Below are positions 13,906-26,904 of a stretch of 64,000 bases of DNA, piece by piece. The stretch comes from Octopus sinensis (Eukaryota), in contig NC_043000.1 in NCBI RefSeq assembly GCF_006345805.1, forward strand, positions 82,522,001-82,586,000, written 5' to 3'. Numbering within the stretch: the stretch's first letter is position 1; each line of letters begins with the position of its first letter. The position numbers and the translations under genes were made by a program. The notes beneath the pieces were generated by a model, which saw only the letters and a list, made by a program, of their open reading frames with translations, searched no databases and was not told where the DNA came from.

Positions 13906-13906
13906 A

Positions 13907-14016
<110 letters not shown>

Positions 14017-14141
14017 GGAATGAATGAATGAATGAATTAATTAATCAAAAAACGGGGAAAACAAGTCAAGAAAAAACAACAACATGAGGACGTAGCACAT
14101 ACAAAGTATTAATAAGACACTCAGAGAAGGAAGAGAGTGGT

Positions 14142-14178
14142 TGTTTTACGTTTCGAGCATAGCTCTTCTTCGGAAACA
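14142..14178 (-). ncRNA. Minimal type I hammerhead ribozyme motif in PLE terminal repeat
   Basis: tgttt CCGAAGA a gagc tat gctc GAAA cgT A aaaca. Stem I 5 bp, palindromic ACGT stem III, U4C deviation. Confidence 0.6.
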
Positions 14179-15117
14179 GGAAACATAGGAAAGTCCAAAG
14201 GAAAGGGTAGAAGAGGGGAAAAATCGCCAGCAGTCCACGTGTAGTTACATTTTTGAATTGACCGGAAGTAGATGGACAAAGAGAAAATGCTTTCTGAGAT
14301 AAGAGAGTGTGAGGAATTGTTGGTATATGTGTACAAGTGTGTGTATGGTGAGCGTGTGTGTGTGTGTGTGTGTGCGATAGCGTGTTTGCGTATAGTAGCG
14401 TGAGTGTGTGTAACAGTAACTGTATGTGTACGTGGTAGCGTGTGTGCGTGTGGTGGTAGCTGTGTGTATGCGTGACATAAGTGTGTGTGTGTGTGGCATT
14501 AACTGCGTGCATGTGTTTGTGTTCTGTAAGTAGTCTGTGTATGTGTGCGTTAATGCCGTAGTGAGATACCAGCAGCTATAGTTACAAATGTGTGTAGGGA
14601 TGGTGTGTCTGTGTGTGTGTGTGTCTGTGTGTGTGCGTGTTTGCACTTTTGCGTAGATGAGACGGTCAGTAGTAAGTCGAGGAAGTTTGAAGGGTGTCTG
14701 AGAGGCAGTCTGAAGGAAGTGTAAATGGATGGGTATGGATGTGTGCCTGTGCAAGTATGTATAAGCATATATGCGTGTGTGTGTGTGTTTGTGTTTGTGT
14801 GTATACACACAAAAACACACACACAAACATATATTGACAATAATAAAAGGGGCATTACTCCGAAGCAGCAATAGCATTATCTTTAATTCTATAATTATAT
14901 ACTGCCTTTTAAGACCAACAGATGTTTCCATTGCACTGATTAGCCATCGTAGCAATTGCAACCCTATTATAAAACGGGACATTCTCTCCTCATGTGCAAG
15001 CATCTCAATGCTTGCTCTTGTCTAGAATTTATTACATTACCCTTGGATGTGAAAATCCTGTAAAATTCTTCTAAACATAGGCGCAGGAGTGGCTGTGTGG
15101 TAAGTAGCTTGTTTACC

Positions 15118-17312
15118 TCACTGACAGAAGAGTTTGCATTTTTCATGCAGCTTGAAAGTCACGCCTTGCGACGTGAAAATTGAACATTTTGGAAGCACGA
15201 CTACAAGTAGGCGTTTGTTGTATTTTTTTGAGGGCTTAGTGGAGTTTGTTGCCCTGTATTTAATATTTTTTGGTGAGTAATAGACTCCACTCTGCTCCAG
15301 ACATTTTCCTGCCTGTGGTCGAGCGTAAAGACTCACTTTGTGGTGAGAATTGTGTTTTTGAAGAGACGTAGTCCCTCCGCAAAAATTAATTGTCTTTGTG
15401 TTTTCCCACTGGATTTACCACGGAGTACCAAGGTAGAAGGGACTAATTGTGCTGCGATAAGATTTATTTTACCATTGGACGGCCAGGAGTGAGAATTTTT
15501 GAGGGGCGTATTCGCCTGCGTTTTTGAGTGAATGTTTTTCTCACCTAGTTGTGAGAATTGTATTGTGAGAATTGTATTTTATACCAATTTTATAACAATT
15601 TGGTGAAAGCTGTTCCAGTCGCGGTGTTCCTGGGTTCAACTTAGGCCGGGAGTACCGGATGGCCAGAAGATTTTTGCTGTGTTTTTTGCTGTGTTATTGA
15701 CTTTATTTTGAACTTTATTTAACTTCTCTTTTTGTTTTTTTTTTGTTTATTGTGATTTTCTGTTCATTTCTTCCCTTCTGTTGTGCTTCTCCTTTTTGTA
15801 TCTTCCTTATTTTTTCAAAAATCTATCGAACTTTATTTGAACTTTGAACTTTCTGTTACATGGCAAAGAAAAATGAAGCCACTGCTTTGGAGTGGGAGGT
15901 TGTCCCACCCAAGCAGTGGATTAAAGATCTTAAGAAGAGGACGGTGGTACTACGAACCTATTCGACAAGAGCACAATAGAAAAAGAGTTGGCAGACCACC
16001 TGCCAACTATAAAGTTTATTTCTCGGGGGACTAAATTTGCAACGGTGTGGTTGCTGTTTGGTACCCCCAAGGAAGCTAGCAGATTTGCTAGCGAGCCCCT
16101 TGAGGGAGAGGAGATTTTGTTCCTCCCCTCGTATTGTGGCAGAAAAATGAAAAGAGCCTGGGTTTGCGGGTTGCCCCCGGGCACGGAGGCGGGATAGATC
16201 GAGGAGACCATCCGGCGAGGCCTGGAGGATAGCGGGCCCAGGCTACTGAGTGTAAAAATGATTCCCGCGGTCGCCTGGGTGGGGTCAAAAGCAACTTTGA
16301 CCCTGTGGACCCCGGTGGCCGTGGGAGAGATGATATTCCCAGACTTCCTGAGAATGGCCGGGCACAGGTACCCGGTGATACTCGAGGGACGCCCCACCCC
16401 CAAGTGTCACCTGTACCTGGAGCCTGGACATATCAAGAGGAACTGTCCCGGGGGCCGTGGTGGTGCCCCGGAGCATGAAAGGGAAAAGGTGCCCGCCACC
16501 CCCTCATTGGAGGGGGAGACGGTGGAAGTCGTGGAGGAAGTTGCCCCCACGAAAAGAAAAAGACAGGCGAGCAAAGAATGCTCCGGTGGCGGAGGGGGAT
16601 AGCGAGCCCCCATGTCTGCTGACGGAGCCCCTTGGGCTAGCAGTCCCCCCAAAAAAGGAGGAGAAGGAGAAATAGAGGTCGGGCGGCTGATGTTCATGGG
16701 TCGCAGACGGAGTCGCAGGTGGGATGTGTGCCACCTGCGGAGAGGGCTCCGTCAGTGGGAAGTGTGCCACTGACGGAGCAGCATGAAGTACCTTCCCGTA
16801 AAGAGGAGACGGTTGTCCTCCTTTATCGCGAGGGAGGGAAGGTTAATAAATTTCTGGACGGCTTGGGCGAACTAGGACGAATGTACTCGTTTTGCTCAAG
16901 CTGTCCGAATTGGCCTCCGCAGGTGGCTGCGGAGGCGGTTACGGAAAAAACTTTGTCAAAGGTCACAGCGACCTTTGACAAGAAAGAATTCACCTTTCTC
17001 TTTTCAGGTCCTGACCTGTCGTTGCGGAGTTGTCTGCAGGCGGCAGGTCAATTAATTCTGGGGACCTGACAAAGAGAATTATAAGAAAATTTTTTGCTGT
17101 AGGAATTTTTGTTGTAAAATTTTTGTTGTGAAAATTTTTGTAAAGAATTTTTAGTATAAAGAAACTTTGTATTCGAGGGGTTATTGGTCGGCGGTCGCCA
17201 GTGCCCCTCCCATTTTCGTTCATCATTATCATCCTCACCGCATTAATGTGTTTTTTGTCCAGCCCGCAGCTACTCATCTGTGTACTGCCCTAGTGGCAAA
17301 TTTAATGAAATA
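15118..17312 (+). mobile_element. Non-autonomous ORF1-only non-LTR retrotransposon (HAL1-like, Tx1/L1-related)
   Basis: 16-bp TSD aagtagcttgt(t/c)tacc at 15102-15117 and 17313-17328. ~740-bp 5' UTR, one GC-rich ORF1-like frame, A-rich 3' end. No RT or endonuclease motifs seen. Confidence 0.75.
15860..17069 (+). pseudogene. Disrupted ORF1/gag-like protein (~400 aa) with degenerate CCHC zinc knuckle
   Basis: MAKKNEATALEWEV..., frameshift near 15960, in-frame stop at 16195. Contains RYPVILEGRPTPK-CHLYLEPGHIKRNC (CX2[C>Y]X4HX4C). Confidence 0.7.
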
Positions 17313-17450
17313 AAGTAGCTTGTCTACCAACCACATGGTTCCGGGTTCAGTCCCACTGCGTGGCACCTTGGGCAAGTGTCTTCTACTATAGCCTCGGGCC
17401 GACCAAAGCCTTGTGAGTGGATTTAGTAGACGGAAACTGAAAGAAGCCCG

Positions 17451-17490
<40 letters not shown>

Positions 17491-18279
17491 GCGTGTGTGT
17501 GTTTGTGTGTCTGCGTCTGTCCCTCTAGCATTGCTTGACAACCGATGCTGGTGTGTTTATGTCCCCGTTACTTAGCGGTTCGGCAAAAGAGACCGATAGA
17601 ATAAGTACTGGGCTTACAAAAGAATAAGTCCCGGGGTCGAATTGCTCGATTAAAGGCGGTACTCCAGCATGGCCGCAGTCATATGACTGAAAGAAGTAAA
17701 AGAGTAAAGAGTATAGGTCACATCTATTGGTTCCAGATCTGTATGGTTTTGTAGTACAAATTAACTCCCATTTAATCGTATAGTCCTTGTTACTGTCCTT
17801 GAAAGACCAGATTAATTTACTAAGACTGGTTAGGAACCTTTTATTTTTGTCTCTAAATGAACTCAAATGATTTGCCGGTCTCCTCTTGAAAATTAATGAT
17901 GCCCCACCGATGTAAAGGAATTCCCTACCTTCAGATGTAACTATACATCTATATATTACATTTTTAGTTTTACACTTATTTTTCACGTTTAGAACAATTG
18001 CAAAGATATCATTTTATATTTCCGTCAGATTTGCTTTCAATTTGATCATTGATTGCAGAATTAAATTCATTTTCACCAAGTTCGGTATTACTATTTACTC
18101 CTTTAGATAACGTTATCTTTGTTCTATTCTAGCTAAACTTTTATTCGAATTGACGTTATTATCTATGTTAAATTAGGTTCTTTCCCTTTCCACATTCTCT
18201 TCTTTTTGAGTTTCTTTATTCCGTTTGATGTTATTATGCTACGAAATTTTTTATTTTCCATCTTAAAAGGAAAATAATG

Positions 18280-18460
18280 CTGGAGAGGAGACGCTTGCCA
18301 CTTAGTACTTATAAGAAATGATGGAAGAAAGCGGCAAGCATGTTGAGAGTGGATGTACCTGCTTAAGGGAGAACAAAATTCTCTTAAAGGGATCAGTGGA
18401 GGAACGTGGTTGGTGGGGTCGTGCCCGTCCCTCACTTCATCATCATCATCATCATCATTC
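18280..18460 (+). mobile_element. Possible short LINE 3' fragment with (CAT)n tail inserted in the PLE
   Basis: GC-richer segment ending catcatcatcat that interrupts AT-rich PLE sequence. Confidence 0.35.
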
Positions 18461-19454
18461 AATTTTATATATCATCATAAATTTTTAATCTTGTCATCTC
18501 ATTCGTTCCCCCGACCCATTTGAGTGTCCTGTCTTTGTCATTACCTTTATAGTAAATCTAAAAAATCAGTTATTATGCTTCGAATTTACTACACTATTCT
18601 GATTGTAATTGCTTTTTTTGAAATTTCGATATTATTTTACTATTGGGTGTTACTATAATTTGCGCAATATTACGACTAAGACAACCCAATCTAACCTTAT
18701 GCTCACTAAAAATTTTCTAACATCTGTGGTTTCTTGGAAAATACTTTTGGATTGCTATTTTAAACAATTTGGAAAAATTGTAATTGATCTGTTTACCAAC
18801 TGGAACGATTGACCATAAAGTATTCTTCGAGTTAAGATCATAATTTTGATGTTTATACCCGTTTTTCGAAAGAGTAAGTATTCTCTGATTTCGATCCATT
18901 CTATATTTAGCGTTTATTTTACTTTTATTTTTATCTTTGAATATTTTAACAGATTTTATATTGAAAGAATTTGAGATTTTATTAGAAAATACTACATCCT
19001 CATTTCCATTAGCACTACGAGAAATTTTAACCCGGTTATCAACAATTTGTTATTCTAGACGAAATGGTCTTTATAAGTGAGTTAGTTACTAATTTGGATG
19101 ATTACTTCCAATATTTATATATTTTATGTTTTCATTAGGTTTATGAAAGTGTTTGTAAATTCCATGTTTAATCTCCAACGTAACATTTAAGAAGTTAACA
19201 AAATCATGTTCAACATCCCCCGCTATTGATAGGCCTACCTTTTTAAAGAACCTAAACAATTCCATTCTGTATTTTTCCAACATTTTACTAGATGTGTTTA
19301 CAATTGTAAAAAGTGCATCATCCTTATATAAACCTCCTGCTATTTCAGAAATTTCTCTATTTAGAGAAAAAAATATATAATTTCCTACCAAATCAGCAAC
19401 TTGTGCCGAATCCATAGAACCCATTGCATATATATGAATATATATATATATATA

Positions 19455-19745
19455 CCCAAATAATAGGATATCTGACTCACTAAAAAGAGCAGTTAAACTC
19501 CAAGTCACTAATTGTTGTAATTCCGAAAGTGATTGAAAAAAAAAACTTTTACCTTGGAGTTTAACTGCTCTTTCTAGTGAGTCAGATATCCTATTTTTGG
19601 GGTATCTGTTTTTGTTTGAATGTACACTGTATTCTTCTCTGAATAATATATAGTCTGTTGACTAATTTTTTCCTTCTCACTAGACCACTGGTAACTAAGA
19701 ATTTTTTCGATAAATATTCTTGCTACCCTAAGATTTTAATTATAT
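19455..19745. mobile_element. PLE-type terminal repeat fragments in inverted arrangement (same family as 59452-60082)
   Basis: 19455-19503 is the reverse complement of about 19553-19602. Sequence is shared with 59452-60082. Confidence 0.7.
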
Positions 19746-20118
19746 ATATAAATTTTTCAACTTTATATATATATATATATATAAATTTTTCAACTTTAAT
19801 TCCAAATAACACCAGATTCTTTAATTTAAGTAATCAAAATTTAGAGTTGCATTGATACACCAAAACTGAAAGCAATCTGTGCAAAATTAAAGGGGGCTCA
19901 TTTTGCGAATCAGAACGGCTAGATCTGCGTCGCATTCAATTAAATAATACATAATGAATAATACACACACACACACACATACACACACACACATATATAT
20001 ATATACATATATATATATTTATAAATATGTATGTGTGCATATGTATATATACAGTGCAAACAACATGAAATACGTAGACGAACGAGGGAAAAAGTAGCAA
20101 AATATGTAAACAAGAAAA

Positions 20119-20553
20119 AGATATGTGTGTGTGTGCGTGTGCGCGCGTATGTGAATCCCCACACATATGTATATATCATACCCCACTTCTTTCCTCTAAC
20201 TCCCATTCATATTTATTCCTCTACTGCACCACCTGCGTCAGCAGCGCCATCACCGGGACATATTTCACATCCACTAAACCACGCATACCACACTGTCTCA
20301 TTCATCATTACTACCACCACCTTTATCACACGTATACACACATACACGCCTTGTCAATTCTCGTCTTTAAATCCCAACCCCATCGCTACCCAAACCTGTT
20401 TCGTCCTTTTCTTGGTACACCGCATTGTTGTCCTATCCATTCATACAGTTACACCCCTTCCCTAAACCATGCAAAATCCCCCCCCCTCGACACACGCATG
20501 CATCTCTTCCCGTCACATCTCCGATCACTTCCTGGTTTTCCCACATATGCATA

Positions 20554-20592
<39 letters not shown>

Positions 20593-21168
20593 TATAGATG
20601 TAGTATATACATATACGTATGTATATATGCATACATATATTATTTATATATATATATATATATATACATATAGATGTAGTATATACATATACGTATGTAT
20701 ATATGCATACATATATATTATATATATATATGTGTGTGTGTGTGTGTGCGCGCGTATGTGAATCCCCACACATATGTATATATCATACCCCACTTCTTTC
20801 CTCTAACTCCCATTCATATTTATTCCTCTACTGCACCACCTGCGTCAGCAGCGCCATCACCGGGACATATTTCACATCCACTAAACCACGCATACCACAC
20901 TGTCTCATTCATCATTACTACCACCACCTTTATCACACGTATACACACATACACGCCTTGTCAATTCTCGTCTTTAAATCCCAACCCCATCGCTACCCAA
21001 ACCTGTTTCGTCCTTTTCTTGGTACACCGCATTGTTGTCCTATCCATTCATACAGTTACACCCCTTCCCTAAACCATGCAAAATCCCCCCCCCCCTCGAC
21101 ACACGCATGCATCTCTTCCCGTCACATCTCCGATCACTTCCTGGTTTTCCCACATATGCATATATATG

Positions 21169-21200
<32 letters not shown>

Positions 21201-21259
21201 TATACATATAGATGTTAGTATATACATATACGTATGTATATATGCATACATATATTATT

Positions 21260-21290
<31 letters not shown>
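20119..21290. repeat. Near-perfect ~608-bp tandem duplication
   Basis: gcgcgcgtatgtgaatccccacac...ttcctggttttcccacatatgc occurs at about 20140 and about 20748. Confidence 0.9.
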
Positions 21291-21294
<4 letters not shown>

Positions 21295-21488
21295 AAACAT
21301 ACACACATGCATGTGTGTGTGTTTGCGTATATATGCACGCATAAAAGCATATTTATGAATAAATATATACATATATAATATATGAATTGATAGATATGGC
21401 AAGACAACAAAAAAATCAAAGAGACCTCAATATTATGTAAATAGTGGAATTTATCTGTAAATATATGTGACAATTATTCGGTAGCCAT

Positions 21489-21548
21489 GATAAAACTCCG
21501 AGTTTCGGATGTCGGGGCGGAAACCCACGCGGCATCTCTTCAGTTATC
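21489..21548 (-). ncRNA. Type I hammerhead ribozyme motif
   Basis: gataa CTGAAGA gatg...catc c GAAA ctcggag T T ttatc. Near-palindromic stem III; one-base register offset in stem II. Confidence 0.55.
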
Positions 21549-21679
21549 GGGCCATCGACATTTACAGATATATATGTATATATATATATATATATATACA
21601 CATGCATACATGTGTGTGTGTTTGTGTATATATGCATGCATAAAAGCATATTTATAAATAAACATATATGTGTGTGTAA

Positions 21680-21808
21680 GGCATGGCTGTGTGTTAAGTA
21701 ACTTGCTTACCAACCACATGGTTCCATGTTCAGCCCTACTGTGTGGCACCTTGGGCCGGCCAAAGCCTTGTGAGTGGAGTTGGTCGACGGAAGCTGAAAG
21801 AAGCCCGT

Positions 21809-21856
<48 letters not shown>

Positions 21857-22070
21857 CGCGCGTGTGTGTGTGTCTGTTTGTTCCCCCTTCCCATCATTGT
21901 TTGACAACCGATGTTGGTGCGTTTATGTCCCCGTAACTTACCGGTTCGGCAAAAGAGGCCGATAGGATAAGTACCAGGCTCACAAAGAATAGGTCCTGGG
22001 TTCGATTTGTTCGACTAAAAGCAGTGCTCTAGCATGGCCGCGATCAAATGACTAAAAGAATAAAAGAATA
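21680..22070 (+). mobile_element. SINE family A
   Basis: Head, ggcaccttggg, (GT)n and tail gcatggccgcgatcaaatgact. Confidence 0.85.
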
Positions 22071-22714
22071 AACGTAAGATCCAGGGATCGAAGTGTAGGA
22101 AGAAAGTTAGCTTCAAGCAATCCGTAGTAAATATTAAAAAATACAACTTACAGGAATAATAGTGATTTATTAAGATGGTAGTGTGCGAATTATTTTCCTT
22201 TATCGAACAACGATGAGAAAAAACGTTCTTTTTATATTCCACGGTAGTCGACCAGGGTTGCTGAGTGAGCAAAACAGAATACAAGAGTTGCATATTGGAG
22301 TAGGAAAAATCCGGGCTACATATGTTTCATAGCGAGTGGAACCTCAGAAGTGATAAAATCCAAGTGAAGTGTACACCGCCGGCTACTTCTCAGGCTTGTC
22401 GTAAGGTTGACGCCAAGATCAGAATGTGCGGAGGGCACAGTATGAGAGAGGTATGTAAATTTAGGGAGAAGTAAGTATCAGAAGAAAGAAAGAAGGAAAA
22501 ATATAAGGGAGTGAGAGGAAGGAGGAATTGGGCGAGGTAGTAGATAGTATAGTAGTTTTGGCTGAATCACAGAATTAAATAGTGGGATTGGTACTTGAAG
22601 AAAAGATAAATTGGAGGGAACAGGGTAAGGACACATGCACAGAGAGAGGGGGAGGGAGAGAGGGAGAGAGAGGGAGAGAGGGAAAGGGAGAGGGAGAGAG
22701 AGAGCTAACAGGCA

Positions 22715-23010
22715 CTCCTTCGGTTGTGACGATGCGGGTTCCTGTCGATCCAATCAGCAAACAACCTGCTCGTGAGATTAACGTGCAAGTGCCTGAGCAC
22801 TCCACAACCAGGCGTGCATTTTATGGGGTACTCGTTGAGATTCAATGTGACACAGAATGTGACAAGACTGACCCTGTGAAATGCTGGTATTACCAGTAGA
22901 CTTGTACAACTTCAAATAATATCTCTATCTATACTACACAATGCACCACCGGCAATCGAACTCACGACATTACAACCTTGCACGAAATACCTTAACCACT
23001 AAGCCAAACA
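22715..23010 (-). mobile_element. Diverged tRNA-headed SINE (family C-related)
   Basis: ggcaatcgaactcac...ccttaaccactaagcc is a reversed tRNA-like head. Confidence 0.45.
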
Positions 23011-23047
23011 TCTGAACACACTCACACACACACACATTTATACATAT

Positions 23048-23102
<55 letters not shown>

Positions 23103-23151
23103 ATACTGTGTGTGTACATATATAAATATATATAGATCATACACACATATA

Positions 23152-23182
<31 letters not shown>

Positions 23183-23193
23183 ATATATTATAT

Positions 23194-23242
<49 letters not shown>

Positions 23243-23462
23243 CAATAATAATTCTCTAAACGAGGTATAGACAGTAACTGCTCCATAACATAAGGGACGT
23301 TAGCCATCCGAATGTGGCTAGGGACAGGGCAGGGCGGTCTATACCTCGTTTAGAGAATTATTATTGCTGTCGAACAGATTTTCTACATCAGTAAATGTAT
23401 TTACTGTGAAAATCTTTATATAGATAGCCTGCACAGAGAGTCGTTCGTCGAGGGGCGGTGCC

Positions 23463-23515
23463 TGCCATACGTTGACAATAGGCAAACACCTTGAAACCTG
23501 GGTCCGTATGTGGCA
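23463..23515 (+). ncRNA. Type I hammerhead ribozyme with U3-A8 core variant (unit 1)
   Basis: catacg TTGACAA t agg caaaca cct t GAAA cctggGT C cgtatg. 6-bp stem I extendable by tgcc/ggca; GUC cleavage triplet. Confidence 0.75.
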
Positions 23516-23820
23516 TCCGCTTCTTCGGGGAATGATCTCCCTTTGCAGGCTAGAGGACGCCGTGATGGCGTCAGCCCTTCTGGTGAGGTTGATGATCGCC
23601 TGGGGCTAAATGCATCAGTATCACCCCTACCGCCCTGCCCTGTCCCTAGCCACATTCGGATGGCTAACGTCCCTTATGTTATGGAGCAGTTACTGTCTAT
23701 ACCTCGTTTAGAAAATTATTATTGCTGTCGAACAGATTTTCTACATCAGTAAATGTATTTACTGTGAAAATCTTTATATAGATAGCCTGCACAGAGAGTC
23801 GTTCGTCGAGGGGCGGTGCC

Positions 23821-23873
23821 TGCCATACGTTGACAATAGGCAAACACCTTGAAACCTGGGTCCGTATGTGGCA
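23821..23873 (+). ncRNA. Type I hammerhead ribozyme with U3-A8 core variant (unit 2)
   Basis: Identical to 23463-23515. Confidence 0.75.
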
Positions 23874-24036
23874 TCCGCTTCTTCGGGGAATGATCTCCCT
23901 TTGCAGGCTAGAGGACGCCGTGATGACGTCAGCCCTTCTGGTGACGTTGATGATCGCCTGGGGCTAAATGCATCAGTAACACCCCCACCGCCCTGCCCTG
24001 TCCCTAGCCACATTCGGATGGCTAACGTCCCTTATG

Positions 24037-24089
<53 letters not shown>

Positions 24090-24209
24090 TATATAATATA
24101 TATATATATATAATATATATATATATATAATATATATATATATTATATATGTACGTACACACATATATATATGTATATGTATATATGTATATGTATATAT
24201 ATATATATG

Positions 24210-24295
<86 letters not shown>

Positions 24296-24471
24296 GCATA
24301 TACATGCATGTATATACACATTAATATTTACATTGACATGGGCTTCGGGCAGCTTTCTATTTTTCCATTCAAAAGGATCTTTATCCAAAATTCTACACAC
24401 TTATTTGCTTATTTATTTATCGCTTTATCTACTTCTAGCTCCACCGTCAAAAATAATTTGCATACAGACAG

Positions 24472-24508
<37 letters not shown>

Positions 24509-24559
24509 GACAGACAGAGAGACAGACAGAAAGACAGACAGACAGATAGATAGATAGAT

Positions 24560-24635
<76 letters not shown>

Positions 24636-25029
24636 TAGATATAAATATAGATATACTCATACATACACATAGATATGTATAATATTTAATCTAATATCTT
24701 CAGTAGCAGTTACATGTAATTCTTTTTTGACAAGTGGAAAAACAAAGCTTTAAGTGATTGCCTCAACTCTCCACTTAACACATCGAGTACTCTCGTATTT
24801 AATACACTTAACTAACATTTATAAGCTTAAATGCACTTGTACCAAATTGTATGTGGGTTATGCGTATATACCATCATCCACACACCTTAACATGCCCACG
24901 TCAAGGTCACCAGCCCCAATCCACACGTACACACACGCTTTCACATACACACGCACGCGCACCTTCGTTTTGGGATCACTACTACTTTATTATCACCCCT
25001 TCTTCTAGCTCTCCTGTTTGACCACCTCT

Positions 25030-25194
25030 GTCTGGCCATCGCCATGATTGACCGCTAGCCACTAAAGCTATTTTGTTCTCTCTCGTGTTCCTTTCTGTCG
25101 AAGAGTGTAGGCTCGAAACGTAAAAGACTTTCTCACCTTCCCGAGCGTTAAACTAATACACCTGTTTGTTGTTTACACACCTGTCTTCGTCTTT

Positions 25195-25196
<2 letters not shown>
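25030..25196 (+). mobile_element. PLE-type short repeat with minimal hammerhead (25091-25126)
   Basis: cttt CTGTCGA a gagt gtag gctc GAAA cgT A aaag. Confidence 0.7.
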
Positions 25197-25229
<33 letters not shown>

Positions 25230-25567
25230 GCACGCCACACACAGGTAAGCAGATATGTAGATATCTATATCTATAGAAATATCAATAGACAGAAGGACAA
25301 GCAGCGAGAGATGTATTGAGAAAGAGGAGAAAGAGGAAGAGAGAAAGAAAGACAAAGTGAGATATATTATAGAGTATACTATGGAAACGCGTGCGCATGC
25401 GCGCACACACACACAGAATTATACATATACATGCATTGGGCTACTCGCAGTTTCTGTCTACCAAATCCAATCACAAGGCTTTAATTGGCGCGAAGCGATA
25501 TAGTAGAAGACACATGGCCAACGTACCACGCAGCGGGACAGGAACCGAACCATGTGAGTGGGAGGCA

Positions 25568-25598
<31 letters not shown>

Positions 25599-25920
25599 TG
25601 TATGTATGTATGTATGTATATGTATATATGTGTGTATATGTATATGTATATATATACATATATACATATATATAACGGGAAGCTTTATGAAAATAGACAA
25701 AAGACGAAGGCAGGTGGAATACAAACAAACATAGACAGATATGTGTGTATGTGTGTATGTATGCATGTGTGTATGTATGTATATATGCATGTATGACGTT
25801 AAGCAGTTGGCTTTGTAACGATTAACTCATAACATACTAGCATTCGCTTGTGAAACAGGAGTAAAGATTGTTACTTAAGACGTATTAGTAAAAAAAATAT
25901 CTTACACACATACACATACA

Positions 25921-25957
<37 letters not shown>

Positions 25958-26159
25958 TTTATATATATGTGTGTGGGTTGTGTGTGTGTGTGTGTGCGCG
26001 CGCGCACTATATATATATATAATATATTGACGAAAAACTTGGTGCAGGTTTCATTCGTAAATGTAGTTTTGATGTTGGTGGTGATATTTGATATTGTGAC
26101 ACATTCACATATGTGCGCGTGTATGCGCGAATGAATTCGTACATATGCGAAAGTACATA

Positions 26160-26790
26160 GGTGCAGGCATCGCTTTGCAAATATGTAGTTTCGGATTCAG
26201 ACCCCACTACACGGAACCTTGGTTTAGTGTCATCTACTATTGCCTCAGACCCATCAATGTCTTGGGTATGAATTTTGACAGACGGAAACCGTGTGGAAGC
26301 CTGTAGATATATGTGTGTGTGCGCGCATTTGTCTGTGCGTGTAGATGTGCGCGAGCACGTTAATTTCAGTTCGCTTGTATTTGCTCACCGCCGCTTGACA
26401 ACTAGTTTTGGTTTGTTTATTTCCCCGTTGTGTAGCCATTCAGCGAAAGAAACCTATACGGTAAGTATAGATTTGATTGACAAAAGCAGCGGTTCTCAAC
26501 TAATTTTCTGTCTCTGGACCCTTTCATTCCAACTTTACTCGAATAGAACCCCGTGGCCATTCGATGTTTAAAAAATCCTATTATACTTTAAAATGAAATA
26601 TTATCAGGAATTGTATAAAAAAAACAATTGTTGAAATATTCTGTGTAGATCATTTTTAACGACAAAATTTTATATGGACCCCAAGGGTCTTACGGACCAC
26701 TGTTAAGAACCACTGGACTAAATCCGTCAAGACGGTGCTCCAGCATGGCTGCAGCCCAATGGCTTAAGCAATTAAAAAGATAAAGGAAAA
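26160..26790 (+). mobile_element. SINE family A, diverged, interrupted by hAT MITE
   Basis: Body motifs lie before 26486 and the tail ggtgctccagcatggctgcag after 26716. Confidence 0.7.
26487..26715. mobile_element. hAT MITE
   Basis: TIRs cagcggttctcaac / gttaagaaccactg. Imperfect 8-bp TSD gacaaaag/gactaaat. Confidence 0.75.
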
Positions 26791-26904
26791 TATTTTTTAA
26801 AAGAGGTGTAGTGGGAGAGAGCAGAGAACTGGGGAAAGAAATCATATAATGTTGTATACAAGAGACTGAAAGAAATAGATTCCACGGAAATTTATAAGGA
26901 TATA

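Larger units (their letters stand above)
15079..17711 (+). mobile_element. SINE family A split by a 2.2-kb insertion (SINE parts 15079-15117 and 17313-17711)
   Basis: Head aggcgcaggagtggctgtgtggtaagtagcttgtttacc resumes as aagtagcttgtctaccaaccacatgg. Confidence 0.92.
23241..24040 (+). mobile_element. Retrozyme/PLE-like element: 98-bp inverted 5' piece plus ~2 tandem 358-bp units, in (TA)n
   Basis: Period 358 (ctatacctcg at 23339 and 23697). 23241-23338 is the reverse complement of the unit junction. One hammerhead per unit. Confidence 0.85.

Noticed and set aside
23345-23400. Minus-strand CTGATGT...GACA hammerhead-like motif
   Set aside because: Two non-compensated core changes and weak stems. 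The plus-strand motif at 23463 is far better formed.
23241-24040. Possible CRISPR or satellite interpretation of the tandem repeat
   Set aside because: No unique spacers and only ~2 long units in a eukaryotic context. Retroelement architecture explains it better.
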